Source: Marsupella aquatica (lineage: Eukaryota > Plantae > Marchantiophyta). Taken from it: DNA of 64,000 bases. The stretch covers positions 15,341,974 to 15,405,973 of the forward strand of contig OZ316899.1 of the NCBI GenBank assembly GCA_973895155.1, given 5' to 3'. A program made the translations under genes and the position numbers. Below, in pieces: positions 1-13,192 of the stretch. How positions within the stretch are numbered: the stretch's first letter is position 1; every line of letters begins with the position of its first letter. The notes under the pieces are model-generated. The model was not told the origin of the DNA, ran no database searches, and worked only from the letters and a program-made list of their open reading frames with translations.

Positions 1-150
1 TCAATCACGGACGTCCACAAGCGTACAGGACAGAGGCATGACGACAAGGGGGCGCGACTTCTCCAAGCGATGGGAACTATTCGGGTGAACTAAGGGTCAA
101 CCCGACACCATAAACTCGTGCCAGAAGAGTGCCGGTGTTCAGAATGTGGG

Positions 151-3100
151 ATGTCTGATAAAGGGAAACGAGGTTGGAGAACAAAACGAGAAGAGAAAGC
201 AAAAGCAGAAGCCTCTCAAGACCCACTTAACCCGAGAGAATTACTGCCGGATTTCCAATCACCGGATTATCCGACACCTGGAAGTGTAGCAGAGCGAGTC
301 ACCCTGATCCAGCAAAGTGAAACAGAGGGAATAGTACAGAATCCAACAACAAGTCGACCTGTAATTTATAAATTACGCTCCAGAGATGTGCAATACATTT
401 CACCCAAGCCTAGTAAGAAAGGAGTTGACATTGTCAAACCGTTAAGAAGAACGCAAAGCTTGGATGAATATGAGGGTACACCTGCGTTGCAGATAATAGG
501 AACAGAAAAGATTACCAATACAAGGCATGAAAGTATAATTGGAGGAGGAATTCAGCAAATTGAATCTTTAAAATTTAATTCTGACTCACCTTCACTTCAG
601 AGAACGCCCATTGGAGAATCTGCAAAATTAGCAGAGATACCTCCCTCGCTTGGTTATGGAAGTGCTAGCAACAGCCTTAGCACAATAAGCACTCCCAATT
701 CTTTAAATTCAACTTCACCATTGACGTCTCAAGGATCAGTCACCAGCACTAGTTCACAATATTTGGGGGCCACTCCTCCAATCAATTTAATCCCGGTTCT
801 TGTAAGGAGAACTCAAATGGCTCGAAACAATATTCGCTATGATACCTTTAAGGAAACATCCAAGGAGGATGCTGAAACCTTTTTGAAGGAATTTGAAGCT
901 ACAGCCACCTCAAATGGGCAACGAAGATGCTGAAAAAGCCACAATTTTTGGAGGCTTGTTGAAGAAAAATGCCCAAAAATGGTATGATCGATTCCCAGAC
1001 AAAAATGATTGGGGAAAAACAAAGACCGGTTTTCTGGACAAGTATAAGGAGGATGGTGTTGAGGCGAGAGCCTTTGCCAGAATTCTCAACTCACCATGAA
1101 GAAACATGGATCAGTCAGGAAGTATGCAGATAAATTATTGGACCTGGTGGACAAATACAATCCCAATACAGCTAAATCTACCACGAGAGATTGGTTTATC
1201 AACGGACTTCCCTCCCGAATTGCACGATATGTGAGAAGGGAAGGTGGTACAACTTTTGAAGAGGCACAGGAAGCAACCCAAAAATATGTGGACTCTGAAG
1301 TCTCTGAGAAGAAATGAGTTAAGAAGGACTTAAAAAAGGGCAAAAAGAAAAAGAAAAAGAAAAAGACGAAGTCTTCATCAAGCTCAGAGTCTGATGATAG
1401 TGATAGTGGCAGTACTAAGGGAATAAGTTCTGACTCAAGCTCCAGTAGCAGTTCAAGTAGCAGTTCAAGTTCTGACGATGTGGACTCTAAGCCAAAAAAT
1501 ATGCAGAAAAGCTCGGTACCCCAGAAGGCTAAAACCTTGGATAAAATGATGGATTCCTTGACTAGTAAGTTAAACAAACTCTCGGTGAATGCGGCCATCT
1601 ATAAACCAACTAGAAAATTGCCACCTGCCATTCAAAATAATGTTTGGTGCACACGCTGCAATAATCAAGGACACTACCACCACGAGTGCCCCACATTACA
1701 ACGAGCTGTTAATTATGGAGAAGAGGAAGAGTTGATAGATTATGGAGATATCTATGCAGTCCAGGCACCATTTGCAAGGCAATACTTCCCTCCAGCTGCA
1801 GGACCAACTGCATGGACCCAGCAGAAAATAGCAGGATCATCCTCATTTAATCGACCGGGGCCAAGACCACCGATGGGACCTCCGGGAGGATATCCACCTA
1901 GAGGAGCACCAAGGGTACAAGGGACTTGTTACAATTGTGGTCAACCAGGGCATTATTCGCTAGAGTGTCCGTACCCAAAGAGAGAAGTAGGATACACTCC
2001 AATTTGTGGCAACTATGGAAAAGAAGGACACCTGCCCCTAGAGTGTCCGAGCCCACCAAAACCAAAGATGATGGTGAGATTTGCTAAGGGTCCTATGAAG
2101 GAAGCACCCAGGCCGGAGGAGGTCAGAATGATCTACAGCCAGGAAAATGTGGAACAATGTAATCATGTAACCATTGAAGCAGAAAGAGAAGAGGAGGTGT
2201 GCAACATTTATACACAAAATCTATCGGGTATCATCCCAGATGTTGAAGTGGAACACTTAGTACAAGATCATGTTGTGGGGATGCCCAACCAACGAGTCCA
2301 AGAACGGGACCGTGTTCTGGAAACTTACGCCACTACCAGATCCAAGTCTCATCACGAAAAGAAACATATTAAGGACGGGTCTAAGCAGAAGAAATCGTCC
2401 AAAAAGAAGAGTAAGACAAGGATACCAGCAGAGGAAGGAATCCCAAAAGAAAATGACCCAGCGTATGACAGGTATGACCCCAAGTACTTTCAGCCTGATA
2501 TATCTGAAGAGATTAAAACTCAAATACATGAGTTAACTGAGGATACACCCCTGCTAGGGGAACGGAAGGAAGTACGTTCAGAGATAAAGAGGCCCGAGCC
2601 CAAACTGACCATGGAACCACCACTCAGGCCGAAGGGGTATGATATCGTGGACATCGTCAAAAACCAACCTGCCAACATTACAATCGGGGAACTATTAGAA
2701 GACAATCCCACTTATAAAAAGCAATTAAGGACCTTGTTGACAGGAAGGAGGAAAAGAAGGAAACTACCTTCTGTAGAGGCCTTGAGATTAGAATGGGAGG
2801 ATAAGGGACCTCCAGAAATTGAAGTTCAGATCATGGGGTGTGTAATACCCGAAGTACCAGTGGATGGTGGATCGAGTGTGAATATCATGACCAAGGAAAC
2901 AACATCCAACATTGGAATCCATAAGTTCAAGAAGACCTTGCAAGTACTACGGATGGCAGATCAATCCAGGGTAGTGCCCGTAGGCAAACTTATTGGTCTC
3001 GACATAGTTATTGGGGGACTGACCTTCTCCTTAGATTTTGTAGTCCTCCGACCTGAAGTTCCCTCCTCCTATCTCCTGCTCTTAGGTAGACCTTGGTTAT

Positions 3101-6100
3101 ATAAGGCCAAAGTCAAGGTTGATTGGCACCGACGACGGATGTCCTTTGGGAAACCAAGAATCACTATCAGTTGGGTAGATGAACCTTATTTAGGCGAAAC
3201 CCAATCGGATGATGGGTACACCTCTGATTTTTTGGATTCTACTCTCCTCATCAAAGCCCCCAAGTTTGAACCCCTGGAAGTCGGGTATCTCGATATCCTG
3301 GAAGTAGAGGGTGACACACCAAGTGAAGGGACCCTCACACCTGTCTCCTGACATGAGGAGAGGGCAGAGGAAGAGACCAGGATGGGAAACGCGGACATAA
3401 ACAAGATGCCCTCCTGGGATGATATTTCACCAAACGAAACCAATGGAATTGTCGACCTTCGAAAATGCCAGAAGATTGAGATAGAACCAGGAAAATTCTT
3501 AAATATCAGTAATCATATTGAAGGAGAGTTGAGAGAGAAATATATTGATTTGCTGACTCAGTATAAGGATGTGTTCGCCTGGAGCCATAAGGATTTAAAA
3601 GGAATACCACCTCACCTAGGAGAGCACATAATTGATTAATGGAAGGAGCAATTCTAGTAAGACAAAGACAGTATCGTTTGAACCCAAAATATTCCATGCT
3701 TGTCAAAGAGGAACTCGATAAGCTAACCGATGCTGGTTCTATTTACCCGGTACTTAGCAGTGAGTGGGTTTCACCCATTGTAATTGTTCCAAAGAAACCC
3801 GGACCAGATGGAAAGCCGAAAATCCGAGTATGTCAAGATTTCAGGAAACTGAATGCAGCTACTAGGAAGGACCATTATCCCTTGCCATTCATAGACCTTG
3901 TGTTGGATATGGTTGCTCTCCATGAACTTTATAGTTTCCTAGATGGGTACTCTGGCTATAACCAAGTATCAATCCGAGAAGAGGACAGAGATAAAACTAC
4001 TTTTACCACAGACTGGGGAACTTACGCTTTCCGTGTTATGCCCTTCGGACTCTGTAATGCACCTGGGACTTTCCAAAGGATTATGATGATCATTTTCCAG
4101 GATTTTCTCAGAAAATTTCTGGAAATCTTTATAGATGATTTTTGCGTTTATGGATCAGCCAACCAACACCTGGATCATTTAAGACAAACATTCCAGCGCT
4201 GCAGAGAGTCACAGTTGTGTCTACATCCTGAGAAATGTTTCATTGGCATGAAGGAAGGTATTCTACTGGGACATGTTATCTCACAAAGAGGAATTGAGGT
4301 GGATGTGGAGAAAGTTTGGGTTATTTTGGCATTACACCCCCCTGGGAATTTGAAGGAGTTGCGAGGCTTCCTGGGCTATGTGGGGTATTACAGACGATTT
4401 ATACGGAAGTATGCTGACCTTGCCATGCCCTTGACTCACCTTCTTAAAAAGGAAGCGGAATATGTGTGGACTGACGACAGGCAAAGAGCTTTTGAAATTT
4501 TAAAAACCAAACTAACTGTTGCACCCATTCTACAACCGTCGGATTGGCAGAAACCTTTTCATGTTTATATTGATGCCTCGGCTTTTTGTGTTGGAGCTGC
4601 CTTGAGTCAATTAGATGATGAAAAGAAAGATCACCCAATATATTATGCCAGCAGGCAAATGAATAGTGTTGAAAAAAATTATACGATCATAGAGAGGGAG
4701 GCCTTAGCGGTCATTTTCTCTTGTAAAAAGTTCAGACACTATCTTTTGGGTTATAAAACCATTTTCCATACGGATCATTCTTCTCTGAAATACCTGGTGA
4801 ATCAGGCAGATTTAAGTGGGCACATCACTAGGTGGGTACTTCTTTTACAAGAATATGATTATGAGGTGCAGGTTCGAGCCGGGAACACCATGAGAATGCA
4901 GACTTCCTATCCCGACTTCCTGGAGATCCTAGTGTTGAACCTTTGTCTGATCAATTTCCGGACGAGCAGCTATGGCATTTGGAGGGAGAAGAATCAAGGT
5001 ACTTTGACATTGTTCAGATGCTTACTCATGGACTCTATCCACCAGGCTTGAATGCAGAAGAAAAAGCTGTTTTCCTATACAAAGTCGGACCATATACTAT
5101 CGTGAGGGGTGTTTTGTTTAAATTATTACCAAATCAGAGACTTCATCGTTGCTTGGAAGCTCAAGAAGTTCCAAAGGTAATTTCAGCCTTACACACTGAA
5201 GCCTCTGGTGGACACTATGCCGTTAATACAACTGTTAAGAAAATTAAGGATGCTGGATTTTGGTGGCCTACCATGCACAAGGACACTTATAACTATATTC
5301 AAAGCTGTGACCCTTGTCAACGCATAGGGAAGCCTATGGCCACATCAAAATGGCCTTTAACTCCCATTTTACCTCTATCTCCATTTGAAAAATGGGGGAT
5401 AGACTTTATTGGCCCCATTTCCCCTGCTGCTAGAAGAAGTAGAAGCAGATATATCATTCTTGCTGCGGACTACCTCACCAAATGGGTGGAGGCTAAGCAT
5501 ACTAGGAAGAATGATGTTGCCACAGCCGCCAGTTTCTTATTTGAAAACATTATTACCAGGTATGGCTGCCCTTTGGAATTGGTAAGTGATCGAGGCCTCC
5601 ACTTCCTTAATGAGACAATTGAGCTCATTACTGAGAAATATCTGATTAAGCATCGAAAGACCACACCTTATAACCCCAGAGGTAATGGACTGACTGAGAG
5701 AGCTAACGGGTTAATGGGAAAAATATTAAATCAAATGGTGGAGGCACATAAAACTGATTGGGATATCAAACTCCACTCTGTTTTATGGGCTTACAGAACC
5801 GCAGAAAAGATTACTACCTTGAGAACACCATTCTACTTAACTTTTGGTATGCATAGTGTTGCCCCTATTGAATTTGAATTACCTACTGAGCGGCTTCTGA
5901 TCTCAGAAAGATTACCTGAACCGGATAGCTTCCACATTAGGCTGGAAACTCTAGATGAGTTAGAAGAGCATAGGCTTTTGGCCTTAGAACAGACCCATCA
6001 TCAATAGGACAAACGGAAAGAGGCTTATGATAAAAAGCTGAGAACACCTGCTCTTCAACCGAGAGATTTGGCACTTGTTTACGACTCCAGGTATATGTTT

Positions 6101-6265
6101 TTCCCTGGGAAACTCCACACTCACTGGATAGGGCCTTACAAAGTGGTTATTGTATGGTCAAATGGGTCTTTAACCTTGGAAACCTTGGATGGAGAACCTC
6201 TTGCAACAAGAATCAATGGTTTCAGGGTCAAGAAATATTATTTACCTCATTCTGAAGGCTTGTGA
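151..6265 (+). pseudogene. gag-pol of family A, with several frameshifts and stops
   Basis: Zn knuckles (CTRCNNQGHYHHEC, CYNCGQPGHYSLEC), protease VDGGS, RT LDGYSGY/MPFGLCNAP/FIDD, RNase H DAS...TDH, integrase HHCC and WGIDFIGP/SDRG. Confidence 0.93.
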
Positions 6266-6281
6266 GGGCACGGTGCCGTTT

Positions 6282-6294
6282 GAGGAGAGGGCTA
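6282..6294 (+). promoter_or_regulatory. Polypurine tract of family A
   Basis: GAGGAGAGGGCTA immediately before TGTGAG; same GCTA|TGTGA junction as the verified 3' LTR of family B. Confidence 0.7.
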
Positions 6295-9067
6295 TGTGAG
6301 TATTGGGTAATACCGAAAACCTGAAATTACTGAAAAATTTAAACTTTTTACTGTGTTTAAGCCTGCTGTTGCTATTAAAGTGCCAAGTGTAAACTACGGG
6401 TATACTTTATAACGGGATTTCGCATTTACGCGTATGAGCATTACGAGTTTACGGGTTTACGAGTTTACGGGTTTATGATGTTACAAGTTTACGCCGATAC
6501 GGGATTACGGCTTACGCCTTACACTTTTAAGGAAAGTTCACGTTACGGCGCTATGGCTAACTTCGCAACGGGACTTAGAAATGGATTGGGGACTTTATAC
6601 CTTGATAGGAATCAAGCACAGAGTTCAGGCGCTCACTCCTGTCTTTTCACCACCCCTATTCACTTGCTCTTTCTCTTCGAAAGCAACCTTTGCAGCACGC
6701 AAATCACCGTTGCAGCTATGGCAAACCTGGGTGCTGAGGAACAGTATCAAATTGAAGCTCTAGCAGTCTCAAAAGTAGTGGCAGCTCGTATACCACGAGC
6801 GCCTGATAGTCTTTCTAATTTACAAGACTCTTTACAGCACTTAGGATTGGAGCGCTTGCTCAGGATCCCCTGGAATGTCGAGCTTGACTCCTACTTGTAG
6901 GATTTTGTGAAGGGGACTATCATCCCGATTGAATTCAGGCGAACGATTTGAGCTCACCCCAGCCTGTGGACTGTTGAGCAAATTGCTTACGCCTTTGGAT
7001 GCCCATCAGAAGGAGAGGCGTTATATTCCAAGAAGCAGGACTTATCTACTCCATACTTCTCAGGAACTCGAAATGCCAAGAATGGTTGGAACTTGTCCCA
7101 GTGTACTTATCCTGAATTGAGAGTGCTCATGGAATTTCTGGTACCCATTCTTCATCCGAAAAAGCCAACTCTCTGTCCTGTGGTCTTGGCTAACACCATT
7201 GTAGCTGCTCACAGTGGAGCTATAAAAATAAATTGGGCCCTACTTCTGTTTAATGTAATGAAGGATCAAGTAAGGAGCTTGGAAGCAGGGAGGACCACTT
7301 GCTTATAGAATTATCTCTCTCAGCTCTATTATACCCATGACTATTTATATCTGGAGGAAGAGACAGAGAGGGGGTTACTCCTGATTGACTTGGGTATTGA
7401 AGAATAAATTCCTATGGAGGACATTGTACATGTCACCCCATTGAATTCGAATGATCAGAACGTTGAGGAGAATGCTGATGTTCCTATGGAGGATACTTCA
7501 TTAGAAGTCCCTACACATTCTCCTATGCATAGCAGGGAAGTTGTTTGCCAATCAATAAGTAATGAGAATTCCCCTAGCCGGACTATGGATGCAGATCCAC
7601 TAGAAGCTGAAGAAGTAAGGAGCATTCATCAACAAGACAATGTTGCTACACCAACTGATGCTACTCCTCATGAGACCACCAGGTTCACTCCTTCAAAGGC
7701 AGAGTCGAATCAGCAGCTTATTGATAAGTTGACATCTCTCCTCAGTTGCAGTAATGATGGACTATATGATGCTATTAATAATTTGAGAATGGAGGCTGTT
7801 AGTTTGAGATCACCATTTCATGATCAGCTAAGTCCTGTCAGAATGACCTCTTCCCCAAGAGAACTAGCACCAATGGAGTTTGTGATCTGTACTCCTGTCA
7901 CTGTATAGCCCCCTCCCCTAGAAACAAGTGACCCTGTTCCAATAATAGATAGTACCAGCTGTGTGGCCATTGTGGATGACTTGCTAGAAATACTACAGTG
8001 TGAACCTCGACAGATAGCATCTGTGGTCAGCAACTTGATCCAACAATATCCAACTGCTAGTCCCACTCCTAGCCCAGGTTTGCAACCTTACAGCCCTGAT
8101 TCCAACTACAAACCCACAGAAGGACCCACCTACAATCGGTCACAATATGAACACCCTTACGTCAGAGAGGATATACCTGAAGACTCTGATCCACCCTCAG
8201 ATGGTGAAACTTATAGATCTTATGATAATTCTCTTGAGTCATGCCCAAGGCAGGGATTTGAAGATGTTGATACTACCTTAAGATCCAATCCAAACTTAGT
8301 AGCAGTTGTCACCTCATCTACTCAGACACCCCGGAATGCCACCATCGAGAGTAGATACCCGAGACATCCAGAGTCCCAAGTGCACAGGTATGTGGAGACC
8401 TGTAAGATTATGTAGGCCAACAGACCACCGGTTGGAGAGTTTTGGAAATACTACTATCTCAAGAAGACAGAGGCCAGTTATATCTTCGACCTCAGGTGTT
8501 TTGGAACTTCCAGACTGGAGATGGCACAATTTGATGAGTTATGGACTGACTCTCTCTATTTCCGGCCCATTCTTGCTGTGATGCTACTTCAGGGTGATGT
8601 AGAGGTGGAGGACCCAGATTTAGTTCTGGCATATTTTGGAAATTTGGCAGCTTATGCCCTAGATTTTGTGGTTTCTTTTCTCATGCAGAGTAAGAAATCT
8701 ACTTCTCCCCAGAACGCTTACCTTCCTCGAGAGCCCAAGGTTACCCTTGTTTCAACCAGTTCATTAGCTGAGAAATAGAGAATCTAGAACAATGCCACCT
8801 CTCAAACTCTAGCCAACTTCAACCGGTATTTCAGAGATGTCAAATGGAGGCTTCACCCTTTCTATTCCAGGATGCTAAACTCTGATGAATTTCTATACCA
8901 TTATCCCCAAGTATATGCTGCTACTTGCAATAATTATGACATGATTGGGATATATAGAGAAGCTCTTCGAATAGACATATGTTATCTAAGGAGAAGAATG
9001 CCCCTGATGTATCCTAAAAGGCAATTGAGATGCCTACCCTACTCTCGAGGATCCCCACGCCAGGGTG
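6295..9067 (+). repeat. Putative 3' LTR of family A (truncated)
   Basis: Starts TGTGAG after the PPT; short GTTTACG repeats at about 6420-6500; no second copy in window to confirm. Confidence 0.6.
6718..9067 (+). pseudogene. LTR-located accessory ORF of family A (plant-transposon-protein/Transposase_32-like N-terminal domain), decayed
   Basis: MANLGAEEQY...LGLERLLRIPWN*DFV...YFSGTRNAKNGWNLSQCTYPELRVLMEFLVPILHPKKP aligns by eye with the B and D LTR ORFs. Confidence 0.65.
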
Positions 9068-9425
9068 TGTGACGCCGCCAGTATGGCGGTTAATGAGTGA
9101 TTCGGTCTAACTGCGTTTAGCACGCGCGTTAGGAGTGTCTTGGGCCGCTATTATTAGCATAACAATAGTATTTAGGTAATCATTATGGGTAGGACATCAT
9201 TAGGCAATAAGGGGGAATTCAGGTTCGGACTGGCGGCGGGTCGCTATTCGCACACCCGGGTCACGAGCGTGGAGGGGCCCCTCCCTCGGGTCCGTATAAC
9301 GTACTTAAGAAGCGGCCACTGACACGCGCTGACTCAGACCGGCGGAGTGGCCGGTACACCACAAGCGTGAGCGGTTCAGCCTATGGGCGTCGAGGAGACG
9401 TCGGGGGATCGACAAGCCCTCAAGG

Positions 9426-9432
9426 TATAAAA
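9426..9432 (+). promoter_or_regulatory. Putative TATA box of B LTR
   Basis: TATAAAA about 108 bp upstream of the LTR-ORF ATG; conserved in the 3' LTR near 19528. Confidence 0.6.
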
Positions 9433-9533
9433 GGGGAGCCAACCCTTTGTAGTGCACCAGTCCATCAGTCCACGCGCCAGCTTCGACCCCAACTCTCTCG
9501 TTCGCTCTAAGTCGCCACTACTATCTCCTCTGA

Positions 9534-12174
9534 ATGTTGCACACGATCCTCTCCAACTCGGCCATTCGATTCTGGACGTAGTTCCTATCTACCGGAAGGC
9601 ACTTGGCCGACTCATTGAAACACGCCAACCCGCGCTGATACGAAATTGAACGCGAGTATGAGAGAGCCATCCGCCTAGCAGGACGACACCACTACATCCT
9701 TAACTTTGACTACCCGTCTCAGAGCGAGCTTTACCGACCAGTAGAGGTATCTGGGTACTTCTTCAACGGAGACAAATATATCGGTTTCTGGGAAGCATTG
9801 CTTCGGCTTCCGGACGAGGTCTTCAATATCCCGGGTACGACCGACTTGCAACGACATCACTTTGACCACATCCCTGCTCAGGTTTGGGCTATCATCAACA
9901 GCGAGTCCAGCACTACCCGTTCAACAAGGTCGTCTGCACTCGCTTCGGAGAACTTCTACCAGCACCTACAGAGCTTCATGGGAACTCGGCCATCAACCAA
10001 CATGACCAACTCAGTCGAACCCGTACCCGTACCCGTACCCATGCAACCTCAGGCTCAGCTTCAGCTTCAGCCTCAGCCGCACCCTAGCCAAACCCCACCA
10101 CTGATCGCCCAGCCAGCACAAGTACGCTCCGTCATCAACGCCGTGGATCTTAGCGATGACGACGAGGCTACCCCACCCTTGACCAGGCGGCCCAGAGGAA
10201 CAAGCGCTCAGGGGGCCGACACTATATCGTCCCACCCCCTGCTCTGACCCCAGGAGCGGCCCCGGCAGACAACATGGTGACCATGGCCGCCCCGGGCCCT
10301 TACTAACGGCAGTGGCACTACCCAGGCCCGATCGGGAGGATGGGGAAGTGTCACCTTCCCCGAGCCAGTCACGGGGGAAGAAGAGGAAGGAATCCACCAC
10401 TGCATCCGGGTTACCATTGGCCACGGTAGCCGTAGCCAAGGTGATGATGCACCGCATGGGGGAAAACGTTCACAAAAACATCCTCCATCCCAAGCATGCG
10501 GTGTACCTGAAGACTCAGGGATTCGAGCACCTCGCCTCCCTCCCCTGGAACACTTGCAGGTACTATGGGGAGGACATGACGGAGTTCGTCAGGAATTATG
10601 ACGACGCGCGTCAACATACTCGGCTGCGGGGAAGGAGTATGTCCCTCACAGAAGAACGGCTCAGGATGATCTTCGGGTTACCCGAAGGTGACCATCGAGT
10701 CGAATCACGGGCTCCCGGGGGCAAGGGAGCCAAGTACCAATCTTCAAGTTTTCCCTCAGAGGGAGCAGTGGACAACGGGTTCGTGATGAAGACCTGCCTC
10801 ATCCCCGAGATAGCTGAGCGACTGGAGTTCCAGAGGTACGCCCTCCACATGATGGAACCCCGGGGGGAGATCTCCGCCGCCCAAGTTATCCAGGTCGAGA
10901 ACTATCGACCTAGGAAGTGGGCGTCGTACTTCGCTAAGAAATTCCATGAAGAGATGGAGCGGCGAAGGAAGACGCTGTACATTGGCGGGAAGGCGTATTT
11001 CGATAGCCACATCGAGATCATTCTTGAGTGGTATGCCCGGTTTGATCGACGAACCCTTCCTCGTGTCAACGTTACAAAGCTGGTCCCAGCTAGGTGGGTT
11101 TTCCTGGCCTTGGAGAGACGGCCCCAACCCGAGGCCCGAAGTCCAGCGGACACGCCAGCTTCACCCACCCCACCTCCACAAGTAGCTGTAGTCGTAACCG
11201 AGGAGGTACCGGATGGGTCGGTTGTCACAACCGTTGATGCAACCCAACAAGCCGAGCTAAGTACAGAAGTCGGTACGGCGGAGGTCTTACCCGAGCCCGG
11301 GTCTCCCAAAGACCCACCGGTGGCTATTCCGGAGAACCGGACATTGCTGCAGGAGGACACTCTAGCCCCTTCCAACGTTACGTCCCCAGGGCTGGACGTC
11401 ACTGCCCCAGCCCCCGCGCGTGTTGACGTCTGCCCGTGCCCAACTCCGGACAGGCACAACCTGGACCACCCGGAACTCTTCGTACCGGGTACATTTCTGA
11501 ACGGGCTTCTGGGAGATTTCTCTCATCAAATTGCCCAGGATACCGGGGAGTTCATGGCCCGGAAGGTAGCCTGTTTCTTCAATCAGGAGTTGGTTGCCGT
11601 AGTAAAGGCAGGTCGGGCCCAGTCAGAGGCCCTTCAGAGGATAGAGCGGTACCGGGTGCAGTCTGTGTACCTAAAGAACAAAGTTGCGGCTCAAGAGGCT
11701 GAGCTTCTACAACTACGACCCAAGGTTGCAGCCGCCGATGAGTTGTTAGCAAAGGCGCACGCTCTTACCGCCCTAGCCGAACAGGCCAAAGCTGGGAACG
11801 AGGCCGAGATTACACGACTCCGGAACCAGATTGACAGTTTGAAGAATCAAACCGTCACCTGGCAGAAAGACCTGGAGGAGGCCGAGGAACGGGCCCAGCG
11901 GGACACGGCGGAGATAGCCACGCTGCAGGCCAAGGTGGCGCGGCTCCAAACCGAGGCCGAGAAGCAGGACCAGCTGGCAGGTAAACTGACGAGCGATGCC
12001 CAACAGCTGGAGGAGGCATGTCAGGAGGCAGCAAAGGAGACGGACGCGGCGAGGCAAGAGAACGAATCTCTGCTGGACCAGGTCCAGCTCCTCAAGGCGG
12101 ACAATGACAGGCTTCGAAGGCAACGGGATGGCCGCTCCCATTCGGGGAGCTCTGGCAAGCGTGCCAGGCATTAG
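9534..12174 (+). pseudogene. LTR-encoded ORF of family B, 5' LTR copy (~880 codons; Transposase_32-like domain plus C-terminal coiled coil)
   Basis: ATG 9534 is in frame with ORF 9798; 1-bp deletion near 10232 separates it from ORF 10312-12174; motif GFEHLASLPWN..TEFVRNY..RLRGRSMSLTEERLRMIFGLP. Confidence 0.8.
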
Positions 12175-13081
12175 CAGCGGAGTAGGAATAGATTAGGATT
12201 AGGACTGGCTTAGTCAGGCTCTTGCGACAGGAACCTGCCTTAGATACAGCAGCGCTGCCATGCTGTCCAGCCTGCGTAGATTAGGATCTTCTAATAAGAC
12301 ACAGCCGTTTTCCGGCCTGACTGTCATCTTAGTTAGGACCTTAGTCAGCAAATCTTCGGCGAGAGGACACCCCGTCCCTCGTCCCTTAGTATTTAGTGCA
12401 CCCCTCGGTAGAGGCAGGGGGTTTTTAGTTGCAGAGTTGGACGTCCGCGGTATGTGCGGGGAGTCCCGACCTCTGGGAATGAAAGAGTACCAAGGGGAGG
12501 GGGTAGGACTAAGCTCGTCGGGCGAGTGCGGAGCCGGGCTCCGTTGTAGTGTGCACCCTCGGCCTTGAACCTGTTCATTGTGGGGATGTCGGGTCAACTA
12601 AGTGTACGCATATGTTCCCTTTGTAGTAAAATCCTTTCCCATCATTTTCCTTTGTGTAAATCGAGATTGTATGCATGTGCGCGTGTATGTGTGTGGGTTT
12701 CTCGTATATGGGTGGTAGCGCCAGGCCGAACGCACTACCCGAGACGTGCACAGGGTGCAGCCTGCGGGTAAGTGGTTGCGAGCACGGGTTGAGGACCTGT
12801 ATCATCGAATCCGGATCGAAGGCGGACAGCACGAAGGCTTAGAAGCCCTTAAGCCGGGGTCGATCCTGCTATCGACTAAGGTACGTTCCGGCGGCGGAAC
12901 ACAAACCATACCTAGGAGGTGTCCGTATTTAGCAGTATGCGCACTTAGCGCTAGTTTACGAGAATAAGGTGCATTACATGCTTCCCTTCCTGCCCGAACC
13001 CTCAGATTTACGAGGGATGTGCCCGTCTAAGCTGAAGTCTGAGTTAAGGCCGCAACCGACGACGTGACATAGCCTTTGTTT

Positions 13082-13099
13082 TGGCGCTAGATGGAGGGG
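13082..13099 (+). promoter_or_regulatory. Primer-binding site, probably tRNA-Asn
   Basis: TGGCGCTAGATGGAGGGG resembles the complement of the plant tRNA-Asn 3' end (recalled as TGGCGCTAGAAGGAGGGG); 12 nt from the LTR end. Confidence 0.7.
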
Positions 13100-13192
13100 G
13101 CACTCTACATATCGTAGAGGGGAGACATGTGCGTATTCACCTAGGCAGGATACATCAAGACGTAGTACTAACCATCGCATTTATATGAGTAA

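Larger units (their letters stand above)
1..9067 (+). mobile_element. Ty3/Gypsy LTR retrotransposon family A (non-chromovirus, Athila-like); 5' LTR not seen in window, 3' end cut by element B
   Basis: Domain order gag-PR-RT-RH-INT, then purine tract and TG; Athila-like FPDEQL and KLHTHWIGPY motifs; no chromodomain. Confidence 0.9.
9068..13069 (+). repeat. 5' LTR of family B (4002 bp)
   Basis: Direct repeat of 19171-22971; TG...CA ends. Confidence 0.95.

Noticed and set aside
1-150. 5' LTR end or PBS of element A
   Set aside because: No convincing CA-TGG junction; probably upstream of the window.
9534-12174. LTR ORF as a retroviral env gene
   Set aside because: No signal peptide or clear transmembrane segment is visible; it has basic NLS-like runs and a coiled coil.
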